A stretch of DNA of 64,000 nucleotides from Clostridia bacterium (GTDB lineage Bacteria > Bacillota > Clostridia > UBA1212 > DUPL01), in assembly GCA_050951325.1 (NCBI GenBank), contig JBMNIW010000003.1, positions 288,001 to 352,000 of the forward strand, written 5' to 3'. The notes below the pieces were generated by a model. The model saw only the letters and a program-made list of their open reading frames with translations. It did no database searches and had not been told where the DNA came from. Position numbers and translations under genes: made by a program. Below, piece by piece: positions 9,310 through 19,888 of this stretch (position 1 is its first letter; every line of letters starts with the position of its first letter).

Positions 9310-10908
9310 TTAAGAGTGTTCTTTTGGTGGTCTTGCCACTGTAAATGTAAACTTGGAACCTTTTCCAAGACTGCTGTCAACCTTAATATCCTGATCATGT
9401 GCAATAAGGATTTTCTTAACTATGGACAAACCAAGACCCGTGCCTTTCTTGTCCTCACTTCTGGATTTATCGGATTTGAAAAATCTTTCAAAAATCATTG
9501 CCTGGTCTTCTTTTGAAATACCTATTCCAGTATCCTCTACATTTACCTCAACCTTGTCTTTTAATCTCTTTGTATATACTTTTATCGTTCCACCTTTTGG
9601 TGTGAACTTGATAGCATTCTGAATAAGGTTGATAAGTACTCTTTGCAAGGAGTTTCTGTCTCCATAAACATTCTCCTGCTCATTGTCTAAATCCAGTTCA
9701 ACTTGCAATTCCTTGTCATTGATAAGCGGCTCTAGCTTGATAATACAATTTCTAATATCAACATTAATATCAAACACCGTAAAATGGAATTCCATGTTTC
9801 CAGACTGCATTTTTGCAATATCAAGAAGTTCATTTACTAGAGTACTGAGTCTGGATATTTCACTTCTTACAATCTTTAAATAATACTCATGCTTTTCAGG
9901 AGGTATTACGCCATCCATTATTCCGTCAATAAATCCACCTATAGAAGTCATGGGTGTACGCAATTCATGGGATACATTTGCTATGAAGTCGTTTCTTACC
10001 CGGTCAAGATTCTCTAGAGCTATTGTCATGTTGTTAAAACTGTCTACAAGATCGCCTATTTCATCCTTCGTTGTCCGTATGACATTTCTCTCAAAAGAAC
10101 CTGCCGCAAGACGCCTCGAGGCTTCTTGCAACGCCCTTACAGGTTCCGTAATCCTCTTTGTTGATATGGAAAGAACGATGACTTGTATCAAGACCGCAAT
10201 ACATGTGGACAGCATGAAGTACAGTATAACCTTTTGCCGTGCCTCCAGAATCTCAGGAGTGGATACGGATATGCAAACCGTGCCATATACCTGCTTGATT
10301 CTGGTTTCCGGCTCAATGTATACGAGTCTTCTGCTGATAGTTAGAAATGGGACCTTTTCATCCCTGAAAAGTCCATGGTAATGTTTTTTGTCAACAACGT
10401 AACCATCTGTTCTCAAGCTGGGTACGTACTGTTCTTTGTTTGGAAAGCGATATCTGCCGTTGTCAAGGATAAGATTTGCCACTATGCTGTCATTTAAAAA
10501 TCGACTGCCATGCTCTATTCTCTTGTCTGCCATGTCGGGTAAAAGAGGGTATGAAAAACCAACATAGCCCCTGTCGTCGGTTATGAAAATATTGGCCCCC
10601 ATTGTCTGGTTGCTTATTTTCATCAGGCTATACAGGTTGTAGAAGTATTCGTTTGTTTCGTGTTCTACGGGAACAAATTCCCCTACATACTCGTCACTGG
10701 TCAGATACTGGGTAACGTAATCCGATATGGTATCCGCAGCGCTTTTCAAGTCGTCCATTCTGCTTGCTATAAGGTAACTCTCAACGAGTTTGTACATTAT
10801 TGTTCCCGATAGAACCGATGACAATACAATCGTAATAGTGAAAATGGCAAGAAACTTGATATAGATCGAGTGGATTCTGAGTTTCTTATCCTTTGACGCA
10901 GGTTCCAA
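9310..10908 (-). CDS. Sensor histidine kinase (HAMP-HisKA-HATPase)
   Basis: Two TM helices, SHELRTP, NLIQNAIKF, DTGIGI, GTGLGL. Confidence 0.95.
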   Translation of the reverse strand: MEPASKDKKLRIHSIYIKFLAIFTITIVLSSVLSGTIMYKLVESYLIASRMDDLKSAADTISDYVTQYLTSDEYVGEFVPVEHETNEYFYNLYSLMKISNQTMGANIFITDDRGYVGFSYPLLPDMADKRIEHGSRFLNDSIVANLILDNGRYRFPNKEQYVPSLRTDGYVVDKKHYHGLFRDEKVPFLTISRRLVYIEPETRIKQVYGTVCISVSTPEILEARQKVILYFMLSTCIAVLIQVIVLSISTKRITEPVRALQEASRRLAAGSFERNVIRTTKDEIGDLVDSFNNMTIALENLDRVRNDFIANVSHELRTPMTSIGGFIDGIMDGVIPPEKHEYYLKIVRSEISRLSTLVNELLDIAKMQSGNMEFHFTVFDINVDIRNCIIKLEPLINDKELQVELDLDNEQENVYGDRNSLQRVLINLIQNAIKFTPKGGTIKVYTKRLKDKVEVNVEDTGIGISKEDQAMIFERFFKSDKSRSEDKKGTGLGLSIVKKILIAHDQDIKVDSSLGKGSKFTFTVARPPKEHS

Positions 10909-10910
10909 AT

Positions 10911-11606
10911 TTATTTCACCTCAAATTTATAACCAATTCCCCACACTGTCTTAATTGACCATGGATGAGATGGGTGCTCAATTTTCTCGCGCAATCTCTT
11001 TATGTGTACATCCACCGTTCTGGAATCCCCAAAGAAATCATATCCCCAGATGTATTCAAGAAGCTGATCTCTTGTAAACACCTTATTTGGATTTGAGGAT
11101 AAAAAGTATAACAACTCGAGTTCTTTAGGAGGCATCTGTACTTCTTTTCCGTCTACTTTTACAGTGTATGTGGTCTTGTTTACCAACAGGTTTGGATATA
11201 CAACCTCTTCCTGGGTATCCTTCTCGGAACCACCTGAACGCCTCATTACCGCCTTTACTCTAGCTATGAGTTCCTTTGGCTCAAAAGGTTTCACAAGGTA
11301 ATCGTCCGCTCCCAATTCAAGCCCAAGAACCTTGTCAAAGGTGTCGCCTTTTGCCGACAACATGATTATGGGAATCTGACTTACTTTTCTTATTTCCCTG
11401 CATACCTGCCAGCCATCCGCACCTGGAAGCATGATGTCCAGTATTACCATGTCAGGAGTGGTCCTTTTGAATTCTTCAATTGCTTCGATACCGTCGTTAG
11501 CTGTACTTACTTCGAACCCTTCTTTGTCTAGATATAAACGGACCAGTTCGCAGATATTCTCGTCGTCATCAACTACTAAAATTTTAACTTTGCTGTATTG
11601 TGCCAT
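10911..11606 (-). CDS. OmpR-family response regulator
   Basis: LVVDDD, LDIMLP, KPF, RTVDVHIKRLREK. Confidence 0.95.
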   Translation of the reverse strand: MAQYSKVKILVVDDDENICELVRLYLDKEGFEVSTANDGIEAIEEFKRTTPDMVILDIMLPGADGWQVCREIRKVSQIPIIMLSAKGDTFDKVLGLELGADDYLVKPFEPKELIARVKAVMRRSGGSEKDTQEEVVYPNLLVNKTTYTVKVDGKEVQMPPKELELLYFLSSNPNKVFTRDQLLEYIWGYDFFGDSRTVDVHIKRLREKIEHPSHPWSIKTVWGIGYKFEVK

Positions 11607-11731
11607 GTAAAAGCCTCCTTTAAAAATTCTTAATTTATTAGTGATTATTTAAAAATATAGTATTAACATATTATACTATATTAATTAAATAATACTATAC
11701 AACATTATACCATGAAAGAAGGAATTTTACC

Positions 11732-12826
11732 ATGAAATTAGGAATTATAGGTTTGCCCAACGTAGGAAAAAGCACACTTTTTAATGCAATAACAGGACAA
11801 GGAGCAGAAAGTGCCAACTATCCCTTTTGCACCATAGATCCAAATGTGGGTGTCGTTGCTGTTCCCGACCCCAGATTGGATGTACTTCAAAAAATGTTCA
11901 ACTCAGAAAAACTAACACCGGCACATATTGAATTTGTTGATATTGCAGGACTTGTGAAAGGCGCCAGCAAAGGAGAAGGACTTGGCAACAAGTTTCTTTC
12001 CAACATAAGGGAAGTGGATGCGATTATCCATGTAGTAAGATGCTTTGACGATGAGAATATTATCAGAGTTGACGGTTCGGCAAACCCTAAAACCGATACG
12101 GAAACAATAAATTTTGAACTTATTTTTTCAGATATTGAAATGCTTGAAAGAAGAATTGACAAAACCCAAAAGATGTCAAAAAGTGGAGACAAGGCACTAC
12201 TTAAAGAACTTGAGCTGTTAAACAGACTTAAGGAACACCTTGAAAGCGGTAAAAGCGCAAGAACATTTCCAAGGACGGAGGAAGAAGAAGAAATAATATC
12301 CACCATTTATCTACTCTCGGACAAGCCCGTTATCTACATGGCAAATATATCTGAAGATGACATAATGGACCCGGAGAACAACAACCATGTTAGAGAATTA
12401 AAGAAAATCGCCGATGATGAAAATGCTGAACTGATTGTTGTATGCAGCAAGCTGGAAGAAGAAATTTCAGCTCTTTCCAAGGAAGAAAAGGAAGAATTCC
12501 TTAAAGAACTGGGTATTGAAGAATCCGGCCTCGACCAACTCATAACTTCAAGTTACAGACTTCTTGGCCTCATAAGTTTCCTTACAGCAGGGCCGAAGGA
12601 AGTCAGGGCATGGACCATAAAAAAAGGAACAAAAGCTCAAAAAGCTGCTGGAAAAATCCACAGCGACATAGAAAGAGGCTTTATTAGAGCAGAGGTCATT
12701 CCCTTTGAAGAACTGGTAGCTGTTGGAGGTATGACTGCTGCCAAAGAAAAAGGACTTGTCAAATCCGAAGGAAAAGAGTATATTATGCAAGATGGCGATG
12801 TAACACTGTTTAGGTTTAATGTGTAA
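11732..12826 (+). CDS. ychF: Redox-regulated ATPase YchF
   Basis: GLPNVGKSTLFN, NYPFCTIDPN, DIAGLVKGAS, C-terminal FRFNV. Confidence 0.97.
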   Translation: MKLGIIGLPNVGKSTLFNAITGQGAESANYPFCTIDPNVGVVAVPDPRLDVLQKMFNSEKLTPAHIEFVDIAGLVKGASKGEGLGNKFLSNIREVDAIIHVVRCFDDENIIRVDGSANPKTDTETINFELIFSDIEMLERRIDKTQKMSKSGDKALLKELELLNRLKEHLESGKSARTFPRTEEEEEIISTIYLLSDKPVIYMANISEDDIMDPENNNHVRELKKIADDENAELIVVCSKLEEEISALSKEEKEEFLKELGIEESGLDQLITSSYRLLGLISFLTAGPKEVRAWTIKKGTKAQKAAGKIHSDIERGFIRAEVIPFEELVAVGGMTAAKEKGLVKSEGKEYIMQDGDVTLFRFNV

Positions 12827-12873
12827 AATACCATGTAGTTTCAAATAATTATAATAAATTTTGGAGGGATTTA

Positions 12874-13923
12874 ATGAAACTTGCTATTGTTGGATATGGA
12901 GGAATGGGCGCATGGCATCATGAAAACATTAGAGCCCGCATTCCGGAAATAGAGGTTGTAGGCGCATATGATATAAGGGAAGAAAGACAGGAAGAAGCCA
13001 AAAAACAGGGTTTGCGCACATACAATACTTTTGATGAACTTGTAAGCGATGACTCTATAGACATTGTCACCATCGCAACGCCAAACAACTTCCACAAAAA
13101 ACAGGCAATCAGGTGCCTCGAGAGTGGAAAGCATGTAATATGCGAAAAACCCGTTACCATGAACGCCGATGAACTGGAGGAAATCATCGAGGTTGCAAAA
13201 AAATGCAACAAAGTGTTCACAGTACATCAGAACAGACGCTGGGACCGCGACTTTGTCATGATAAAGAACATAGTTGAGAGCAACACGATTGGAAAACCCT
13301 ATATGATTGAAAGCAGGGTTCTTGGGTCCAAAAGGGTTCTTAACGGCTGGAGAGGTGCTAAAGAAAACGGCGGCGGCATGGTATTCGACTGGGGTGTCCA
13401 CCTCATTGATCAGATTCTTTACCTTACCGACTCCCCTGTTGTTGAAATTTACGGCCACTTGTTCTCAATCTTCTCAAAAGAAGTTGACGACAACTTTAAA
13501 GCACTGTTCAAATTTGAAAATGGACTTTCTGCAATGATAGAAGTTGCAACCAACTGCTTCATCCCCCAGGCCAGATGGCACATGTCCTGCGAGGATGGAA
13601 CCGCCATCATTCACGACTGGAGCTGTAATGGTACAATTATTAAGTTGAAGGACGAAAGCGAACTTGCCTGGTCCGATGTAATTGTATATACAGAAGCAGG
13701 TCCTACAAGAACAATGGCTCCACGCCCAAGGGAAACCACAGAAGAACTTCCATTGCCTGAAGTAACAACCGACTGGTCCGATTATTACAGAAACGTAATC
13801 GACCACATTAATGGAAAAGCAGATTTGATTGTAAAACCTGAGCAGTCGTTAAGGGTAATGAAGGTTATAGATGCCATTTTTGAATCCCACAGGACCCAGT
13901 CCATGATTAAATGCAGAATATAG
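12874..13923 (+). CDS. Gfo/Idh/MocA family oxidoreductase
   Basis: GYGGMG, ATPNNFH, CEKP, DWGVHLID. Confidence 0.92.
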   Translation: MKLAIVGYGGMGAWHHENIRARIPEIEVVGAYDIREERQEEAKKQGLRTYNTFDELVSDDSIDIVTIATPNNFHKKQAIRCLESGKHVICEKPVTMNADELEEIIEVAKKCNKVFTVHQNRRWDRDFVMIKNIVESNTIGKPYMIESRVLGSKRVLNGWRGAKENGGGMVFDWGVHLIDQILYLTDSPVVEIYGHLFSIFSKEVDDNFKALFKFENGLSAMIEVATNCFIPQARWHMSCEDGTAIIHDWSCNGTIIKLKDESELAWSDVIVYTEAGPTRTMAPRPRETTEELPLPEVTTDWSDYYRNVIDHINGKADLIVKPEQSLRVMKVIDAIFESHRTQSMIKCRI

Positions 13924-13936
13924 TTTTCTAGAAATG

Positions 13937-13974
13937 AAAGTGGGACAGACTAATTAGTCTGCCCCGCTTTTTTT
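13937..13974. terminator. Intrinsic terminator, likely bidirectional
   Basis: aaagtgggacagact-aatt-agtctgccccgcttttttt. Confidence 0.8.
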
Positions 13975-14040
13975 ACGGTTTAATTACTCCATCTTTTATT
14001 GTCTTCTCTATCAGATTGCCTACTGCAATCTTGATTTCCC
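13973..14040 (-). pseudogene. Probable 3' remnant of the IS-disrupted lipoprotein gene
   Basis: Frame (R)EIKIAVGNLIEKTIKDGVIKP* ends at the terminator, directly outside the IS right end. Confidence 0.5.
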
Positions 14041-14230
14041 TGAAACTCTGCGTGGCTAAAGCCAGCAGGTTCTAACGTACTTTCCAACTTCTGCACTAAC
14101 CCGAAAGTATAGTGCCACTAATTGGTTTCCGTTAGACTTTTACCACCAATTGTTCCTACGAACAAATTAACGGTAGTTTAGGCTCGTTTCAAAACCCATT
14201 ATATAAACTCATATTACATTCTTTAATGCT
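14041..14230 (-). ncRNA. Predicted TnpB omegaRNA (reRNA) scaffold
   Basis: About 170 nt of non-coding DNA between the tnpB stop and the right-end hairpin; position expected from IS605 biology; 5' boundary approximate. Confidence 0.6.
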
Positions 14231-15666
14231 TGTCTTACTTCACTATTATTTAATCTTTCAATTTCTTTATCATGTAGTATTTTAAACCTCTCAAAATCTC
14301 GTTTACATTCTTCTTGATTAATATTGCATAAATCATCGTTAACGTGCTGTATTAAAAATGCACTATATAAATCCCTTTGTATTTTAATGCCGTTTAAATC
14401 ATTCCAACGTTGACTTAATTTTTTCTTATTATATCTGCAATTCAAATGATTATATTGGCTTGCTTTTACTTCTTTAGTATTAACTTTTATAAGTTTTTCA
14501 CCAAAATATTTTAATTTATTGTCTAGTATGGTTAATAATTTTGCTGGTGCTTTATTGGCTAAACTTTTACCAAACCGTTTCTTACGTTTAAATTTACCTT
14601 TATCGTTCTTTTCAGTTTTCTTGTTTCGTTTCTGCAATCCTTTAAAATTCATTTCTTCAACTTTTATCTTATTACCGAGAGATAATATATAATTACTTAA
14701 TAATTGGTGTTGATATTCTCTTACGTCTGCTTGTTTTCTATATAATTCTCTTAGTTTGTTCTGTGCTTTAATATATCTATTAGATTTGACCCATTTAAGT
14801 TTACCTTTTTTTATTGTACCATCTTCATTAAAATTATCAGGATTATTAGCACGTCTGCTTCTATCCATATACCTCAAAATTCTACGCTTTTCTTTTTCAA
14901 TATTATTTACTCTATCGGCTAATTCTAATAATTTTACATCTACATTTGATACTATTGCTATTGTTTGAGTACCAATATCTAACCCCACTGTACCATTTCC
15001 TATATGTCTTTTAACCCCACCATCTTTATTTATCTTCATAGGAGGTACACCTTTGAATACTATTTGAAGATAATATTTGTATTTACCTTTTATAAATCTA
15101 CGTTTAATTCTACAATAGCATATTTCATCTTTTAGTGCTTGGTACTCATAAGGATTATTATAATCTATTTTTACAGATATTTTTAACCCATTCCATATAA
15201 GAAAACCATCTTTAAATCTTATGCCTGTTTTATTGCTTTTACCTTCAAGAGAATCTAATTCTCCATATTTTTTGAAGTGTACTATTTCACCATCTCCAAA
15301 CAATAAATCTTCAAATGCACTCCATACTCTTGTTGCTATTTTTTGTGCTGTGAAACTATCTATATTTTCCGAGAAATGATGTTGCATTTCTTGTATATCT
15401 TCATGTAGTGAATATTCATTGAGCCTATATTGCTTATACATTTCATTTAATTGCTTATATAATAGTTTCTTCTCTTTTTCATTTGCATTATTAATTTGCT
15501 CCTTTAACTGCCTATATTTTTTAGTTTCAATCATAGATTTATAACGTTTATATGCTTTAGATAATACAGCATTGTATAATTGTCTGCTAATTTCAAAACG
15601 CTTATTTAAAATAGTTTCTTGATACTTTTCAGTTATTAATGGAAATGTTACACAATATCGACTCAT
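14209..15666 (-). CDS. tnpB: RNA-guided endonuclease TnpB
   Basis: RuvC-I GLDIG, RuvC-II VEEM, RuvC-III QRDLYSA; downstream of tnpA. Confidence 0.9.
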   Translation of the reverse strand: MSRYCVTFPLITEKYQETILNKRFEISRQLYNAVLSKAYKRYKSMIETKKYRQLKEQINNANEKEKKLLYKQLNEMYKQYRLNEYSLHEDIQEMQHHFSENIDSFTAQKIATRVWSAFEDLLFGDGEIVHFKKYGELDSLEGKSNKTGIRFKDGFLIWNGLKISVKIDYNNPYEYQALKDEICYCRIKRRFIKGKYKYYLQIVFKGVPPMKINKDGGVKRHIGNGTVGLDIGTQTIAIVSNVDVKLLELADRVNNIEKEKRRILRYMDRSRRANNPDNFNEDGTIKKGKLKWVKSNRYIKAQNKLRELYRKQADVREYQHQLLSNYILSLGNKIKVEEMNFKGLQKRNKKTEKNDKGKFKRKKRFGKSLANKAPAKLLTILDNKLKYFGEKLIKVNTKEVKASQYNHLNCRYNKKKLSQRWNDLNGIKIQRDLYSAFLIQHVNDDLCNINQEECKRDFERFKILHDKEIERLNNSEVRQALKNVI

Positions 15667-15683
15667 AAATATTCACCACCTTT

Positions 15684-16082
15684 CTATACGTTTTTTTGAT
15701 TTTCTATATATTTTTGTATTGTTTCTTCTGAAATATATCCTATAGTGCAACAAAAATAACTTCGTGTCCAAAGAGAAGGTATTCTACTTCTTAACTCTGG
15801 ATATTTATTTCTTAATATCCTACTACTTGTTCCTTTAAAATATCTTATTAATTCATGCAGTGGTTGTCGTGGGTCAAAACTTATAAACATATGAACATGG
15901 TCGGGCATTATTTCTAATGCTTTTATTTCAACATTCTTTTCTTTTGCAATATCATAAAATATTTGTCTTAAATCTTTTTCAATATTACCAACCAATACTT
16001 TCCTTCTATATTTAGGACAAAACACTATATGATATTGGTTAAGATATACAATACCTTCTTTGTGTATATATTTATCATTCAT
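15684..16082 (-). CDS. tnpA: IS200-type HUH Y1 transposase
   Basis: YHIVFCPKYRR, MPDHVH, LWTRSYF, YIENQ. Confidence 0.97.
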   Translation of the reverse strand: MNDKYIHKEGIVYLNQYHIVFCPKYRRKVLVGNIEKDLRQIFYDIAKEKNVEIKALEIMPDHVHMFISFDPRQPLHELIRYFKGTSSRILRNKYPELRSRIPSLWTRSYFCCTIGYISEETIQKYIENQKNV

Positions 16083-16195
16083 TAGATATTCACCACCTAT
16101 CTAATTATAATATAGCATAATATTAGATGGGTGTCAAGTATCTAATAAGCCTTCATCCCAACGACTAAAGTCGTGGGCTTTCGGCTAAGTTTTCT

Positions 16196-17905
16196 GTAAA
16201 AGGTCTTTGGACACCAGGCGGTTACGTAATCCGCCACATACTCAAAATGGTCGATGGTGGATTCAGCATCCAGAGCCTTGTTAATATGCATTGGTACAAT
16301 AAGTTTGTAACCCGGGAAGTTGTTTTTGATAAGTTCACCAAAGTTTCTTACCTCATTCAGCATACTTATATCCAGCGGCTCATCTATGGGATAGAAATAT
16401 GCCTTATCAAGCCATTCCTCCTTCTGTGACAGGAAGTCGTATGAATGCTTAATATTGCTCTCATTAAGCTGTCTCTTCCATCCCATATTAAGGAACGATG
16501 TAACTCTCGGGTTATCCAGATACTCAAGAATTCTATCATCGTCATAATACTCTGTGGCATAAGGGAGAGTGTATGAGCAGATTCTGTTTTCCAAAAGAAA
16601 ATCGTAATAGTTTTTGTACAGTACGCCGTCATCGCCTTCATACTTCTTATGACTTGCATATATATTGTACCAACTTAGATCCATAAGCGTTTTATTTGAA
16701 GTTTTCTCAGGAAGTTCAAAATCCCAGACATATGCAAAAACCTTCGCCTTCTTTACCTCGCGTCCAGAAGAATCCTTCAAAGTAACTGTTGCCACATACT
16801 CTCCAGCTTCAGTATCAAGTTCGCTTTTTACTTTAACAACAAAAGACTTGCTCTTGTTGGCTTTTAAATCAAAAGAACCTTGTAATGGTGGAAGAGGATC
16901 TATTATCATCTCTTCTCTTACCTCGAAGTAGTGACCTTCAAACATCTCGGTCCTCAATGTCTTTCCGTTTTTGTTTTTAAAGTCAGTTATCTCAAGAGTC
17001 ATGTTAGAATACTCTTTTTTTGAAGACAGTATAAGTTGACAGGACTCAAGCTCATTTTTTGCCAGTCTTAGCTGGTATGTATTCATCTTGCCTGGCTTTG
17101 TCTTATCTTCAGGAGTTCTTGTATATGTGTGGTCGAACCACATATTTATATTCTTTTCCTCATTTGCCGCCTTTTGTGGCTTGTATTTTGAATATTCGGT
17201 ACCTGGATCCTTTATGGACAAAAGCTTTTTTATGTACTTTTCAGTTTCCTTGTCCCATTTCTTTTCCAATTTCGTATTCGACTTTATACCCATTACCTTT
17301 AAAGCAGTATCCATGTCCTTTGCAAACAGAATCTCTGAGATGTACATGGACTCGCCCTTTGAAACCGCAGCCGTGGTAAAGTCAAACCTCAATACATTAA
17401 CCAGGTCCACCCAGTTTGGATCCTTGGTCATGTCAAAGAATATGTACTGCCATTTGCTGGTACTGTTGTCATAGATTGATATGGAAGATTGTCCGCCTTT
17501 TATCTCGGTACTAATTCCATTGGCATAGTACATCTCAAAGTTGCTTCCCGTCAAATTCTCTACCCGTACTCTGAGCATAACCACATCAAAATCATCCGCA
17601 AACAGATCCTTTTCGCCAATTTCCTTTATATAGTCACGGAAATTGAAATGAATATATGGGTCTGTTGCAGAATCAACAGATGTGGACAATTTGAGGACAT
17701 TTCCTTCCTTTTTGTCCTTGACGAAATCAAACTCACACTGATTCGGGCCAAACAAATACTTGGAAGCAACGTCACTGTTGCCCAACGGAATTCTTCTCAG
17801 CCAGCCCTTTGGAATTTTCAAGTCCTCTTCCTCCTTTGTACATCCAATGGGCAGAAGCATGAGAATAGCAAGCAACAAACATAACACCCTTGAAGTAAAG
17901 CTCAT
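16196..17905 (-). pseudogene. Lipoprotein with DUF4091/GH123-like domain, truncated by the IS
   Basis: Lipobox-like LPIGC, LAKNELESCQ, VWDFELP, YFYPIDEP, AWCP; last 17 codons of the listed ORF read through the IS left-end hairpin. Confidence 0.7.
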
Positions 17906-17923
17906 GTAACCACTTCTCCTTTT

Positions 17924-19252
17924 TTATCTTTTTGAATTAATATAATCTCTGAACCAGTACGCACTCTTCTTCCATGTTCTTTCACAAGTATCAAAATCCG
18001 TATGAATAATTCCAAATCTGTAATTTGATCCTGCCGACCACTCAAAGTTGTCCATCAAGGTCCATAAATAGTAACCTCTGACATCAAAACCTTCATCGAT
18101 GGCTTTTTCCAACCAGCTAAAAAATCCGCTTACATACCTAATCCTGTCGTCATCCTCTATCATGCCGGTCTTTTCATTTACCTTCTCTTCCCCTACGCTG
18201 TAAGTGCCGTTTTCTGTAATATATACTGGGATCCGAAGGTTGTATTTATCCTTTAATATATGCAAGGCATCATAGACGGCTTTTGGATAATATTCCGTTC
18301 TGTTGTTAAGGAAGTTTCCACCCTGTGAAAAGTCCATGATTGCTTTCTGATCTTTTGACACAACCACCCTGTTGTATACATTTAGGCCGAAATAGTCAAT
18401 TGGCTCGTTTGCCATTTCCAAGTCACCCGGTTTGATGTCCATAAGGGTGCCCTCTTCCTCCAGCTTGGTTAAAATATAATCGCTGTAGCTTCCTTTTAGA
18501 ACCGGATCAAAGTAAAACTTCCAGTTCCTCTCATCCTCATCCCTTTCCAGAGCCTTGTCTTCCTCACTATCTGTAAGAGCATGTCTCTTCCACATGTCAA
18601 TCACAATACCAATTCTGCCATTTTTCAAATTCTCTGCCCTGAACGCTCTTACTGCATTACCATGGGCAACAAGAATATTGTGTCTTGCCTGATTGCCCTT
18701 TTTCTCATCCGTATATCCGGGAGCAAAGCCGCCATGCGCATACCCCACATATACTGCAATAGGCTCATTTACTGTTGACCACATGGGAACCACATCACCA
18801 AAAGCCACAAACATTTTATGCGCATACTCTCCAAACCATTCGATAACATCCCTGTTTGCAAATCCGCCCTTGTCCTCAAGAGCCTGGGGAAGATCCCAGT
18901 GATACAATGTAACGTTTGGAATTATGTCATTTTCCAGCAACCCATTAATTACTCTTTTGTAATAGTCCATGCCCTTTTCGTTCAGTTTTCCTGTTCCTTT
19001 AGGCAAAACCCTTGGCCATGATATGGAAAACCTGTATGAATTTACGCCAAGCTCCTTAAGGTTCTTCAAATCCTCGTCAAACATGTAGTAGCTGTTGCAC
19101 GCTCTGGACGGAGTCTCACCGTTAAAGGTCTTACCCGGCTTCGATGCAAATACATCCCATATGCTGGCACCTTTGCCATCGTCAAAAGCAGCACCTTCAA
19201 TCTGTGCAGCACTTGTCGCAACACCCCATAAAAAATCCTTTGGAAATCCCAT
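17924..19252 (-). CDS. GH1 beta-glucosidase
   Basis: FPKDFLWGVATSAAQIEG, YRFSISWPR, NEP, ITENG, DNFEW. Confidence 0.95.
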   Translation of the reverse strand: MGFPKDFLWGVATSAAQIEGAAFDDGKGASIWDVFASKPGKTFNGETPSRACNSYYMFDEDLKNLKELGVNSYRFSISWPRVLPKGTGKLNEKGMDYYKRVINGLLENDIIPNVTLYHWDLPQALEDKGGFANRDVIEWFGEYAHKMFVAFGDVVPMWSTVNEPIAVYVGYAHGGFAPGYTDEKKGNQARHNILVAHGNAVRAFRAENLKNGRIGIVIDMWKRHALTDSEEDKALERDEDERNWKFYFDPVLKGSYSDYILTKLEEEGTLMDIKPGDLEMANEPIDYFGLNVYNRVVVSKDQKAIMDFSQGGNFLNNRTEYYPKAVYDALHILKDKYNLRIPVYITENGTYSVGEEKVNEKTGMIEDDDRIRYVSGFFSWLEKAIDEGFDVRGYYLWTLMDNFEWSAGSNYRFGIIHTDFDTCERTWKKSAYWFRDYINSKR

Positions 19253-19264
19253 GAGAACACCCTC

Positions 19265-19888
19265 CTAACACAATCTTGCAAGAAAACGTTTCAATTCAAA
19301 CAATACGAGGTCCTCCAGTTCCTCGTAGCTTCCTTCATTTTCAATAATGACATCCGCAATTTCTTCATACTCTTTATTGGATAACTGTGCATTTATCCTT
19401 GTCAATGCCTGTTCTTCGGATATATTCATCCTCTTCATGATTCTTTCCACCCTAAGATCTGCATTAGCCACCACTGTCCATATGCACTCGGCAGTATCGA
19501 AAAAACCTTCTTCCACAGGGATAGGAACATCCAAAACAACAAGTCCACTACCTTGTTCCTTCAGTGCAGCCACCCTTTTCTTAATTTCGGCCGCCACATG
19601 CTTGTGGACGATATGATTCAGTTTAAGGAGCATTTCTTTATCTTTGAAAACCAGCTCTGCAATCTTCTTCCTATCCAGTTCTCCATCTGCTTTCACTATG
19701 TCATCTCCAAAGAAACGAACCATCTCGTTGTACACATCGCTTCCCTTCTTCTGAAGCTCTCTGGTTATCTCGTCAGCATCAATTATTTCTGCTCCCTGCT
19801 TTTTTAATATCTGGCATACAAGAGATTTTCCACTACCTGTTCCTCCCGTTACACCTAAAATGCGCACACTTACCACCTGCCTACTCAT
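19265..19888 (-). CDS. coaE: Dephospho-CoA kinase
   Basis: GVTGGTGSGKS, IDAD, LDRKKIA; follows polA. Confidence 0.93.
   Translation of the reverse strand: MSRQVVSVRILGVTGGTGSGKSLVCQILKKQGAEIIDADEITRELQKKGSDVYNEMVRFFGDDIVKADGELDRKKIAELVFKDKEMLLKLNHIVHKHVAAEIKKRVAALKEQGSGLVVLDVPIPVEEGFFDTAECIWTVVANADLRVERIMKRMNISEEQALTRINAQLSNKEYEEIADVIIENEGSYEELEDLVLFELKRFLARLC

Larger units (their letters stand above)
14041..16195 (-). mobile_element. IS200/IS605-family element (tnpA + tnpB)
   Basis: Subterminal hairpins with identical loops at 14048-14068 and 16157-16177; right end terminates in TTCA; left end follows TTTAC; visibly more AT-rich than its flanks. Confidence 0.9.

Noticed and set aside
14041-16195. 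IStron (group I intron-IS chimera) or CRISPR-Cas12 locus
   Set aside because: Only about 110 bp lie between the left end and tnpA, too little for a group I intron, and there is no CRISPR array or cas gene nearby.
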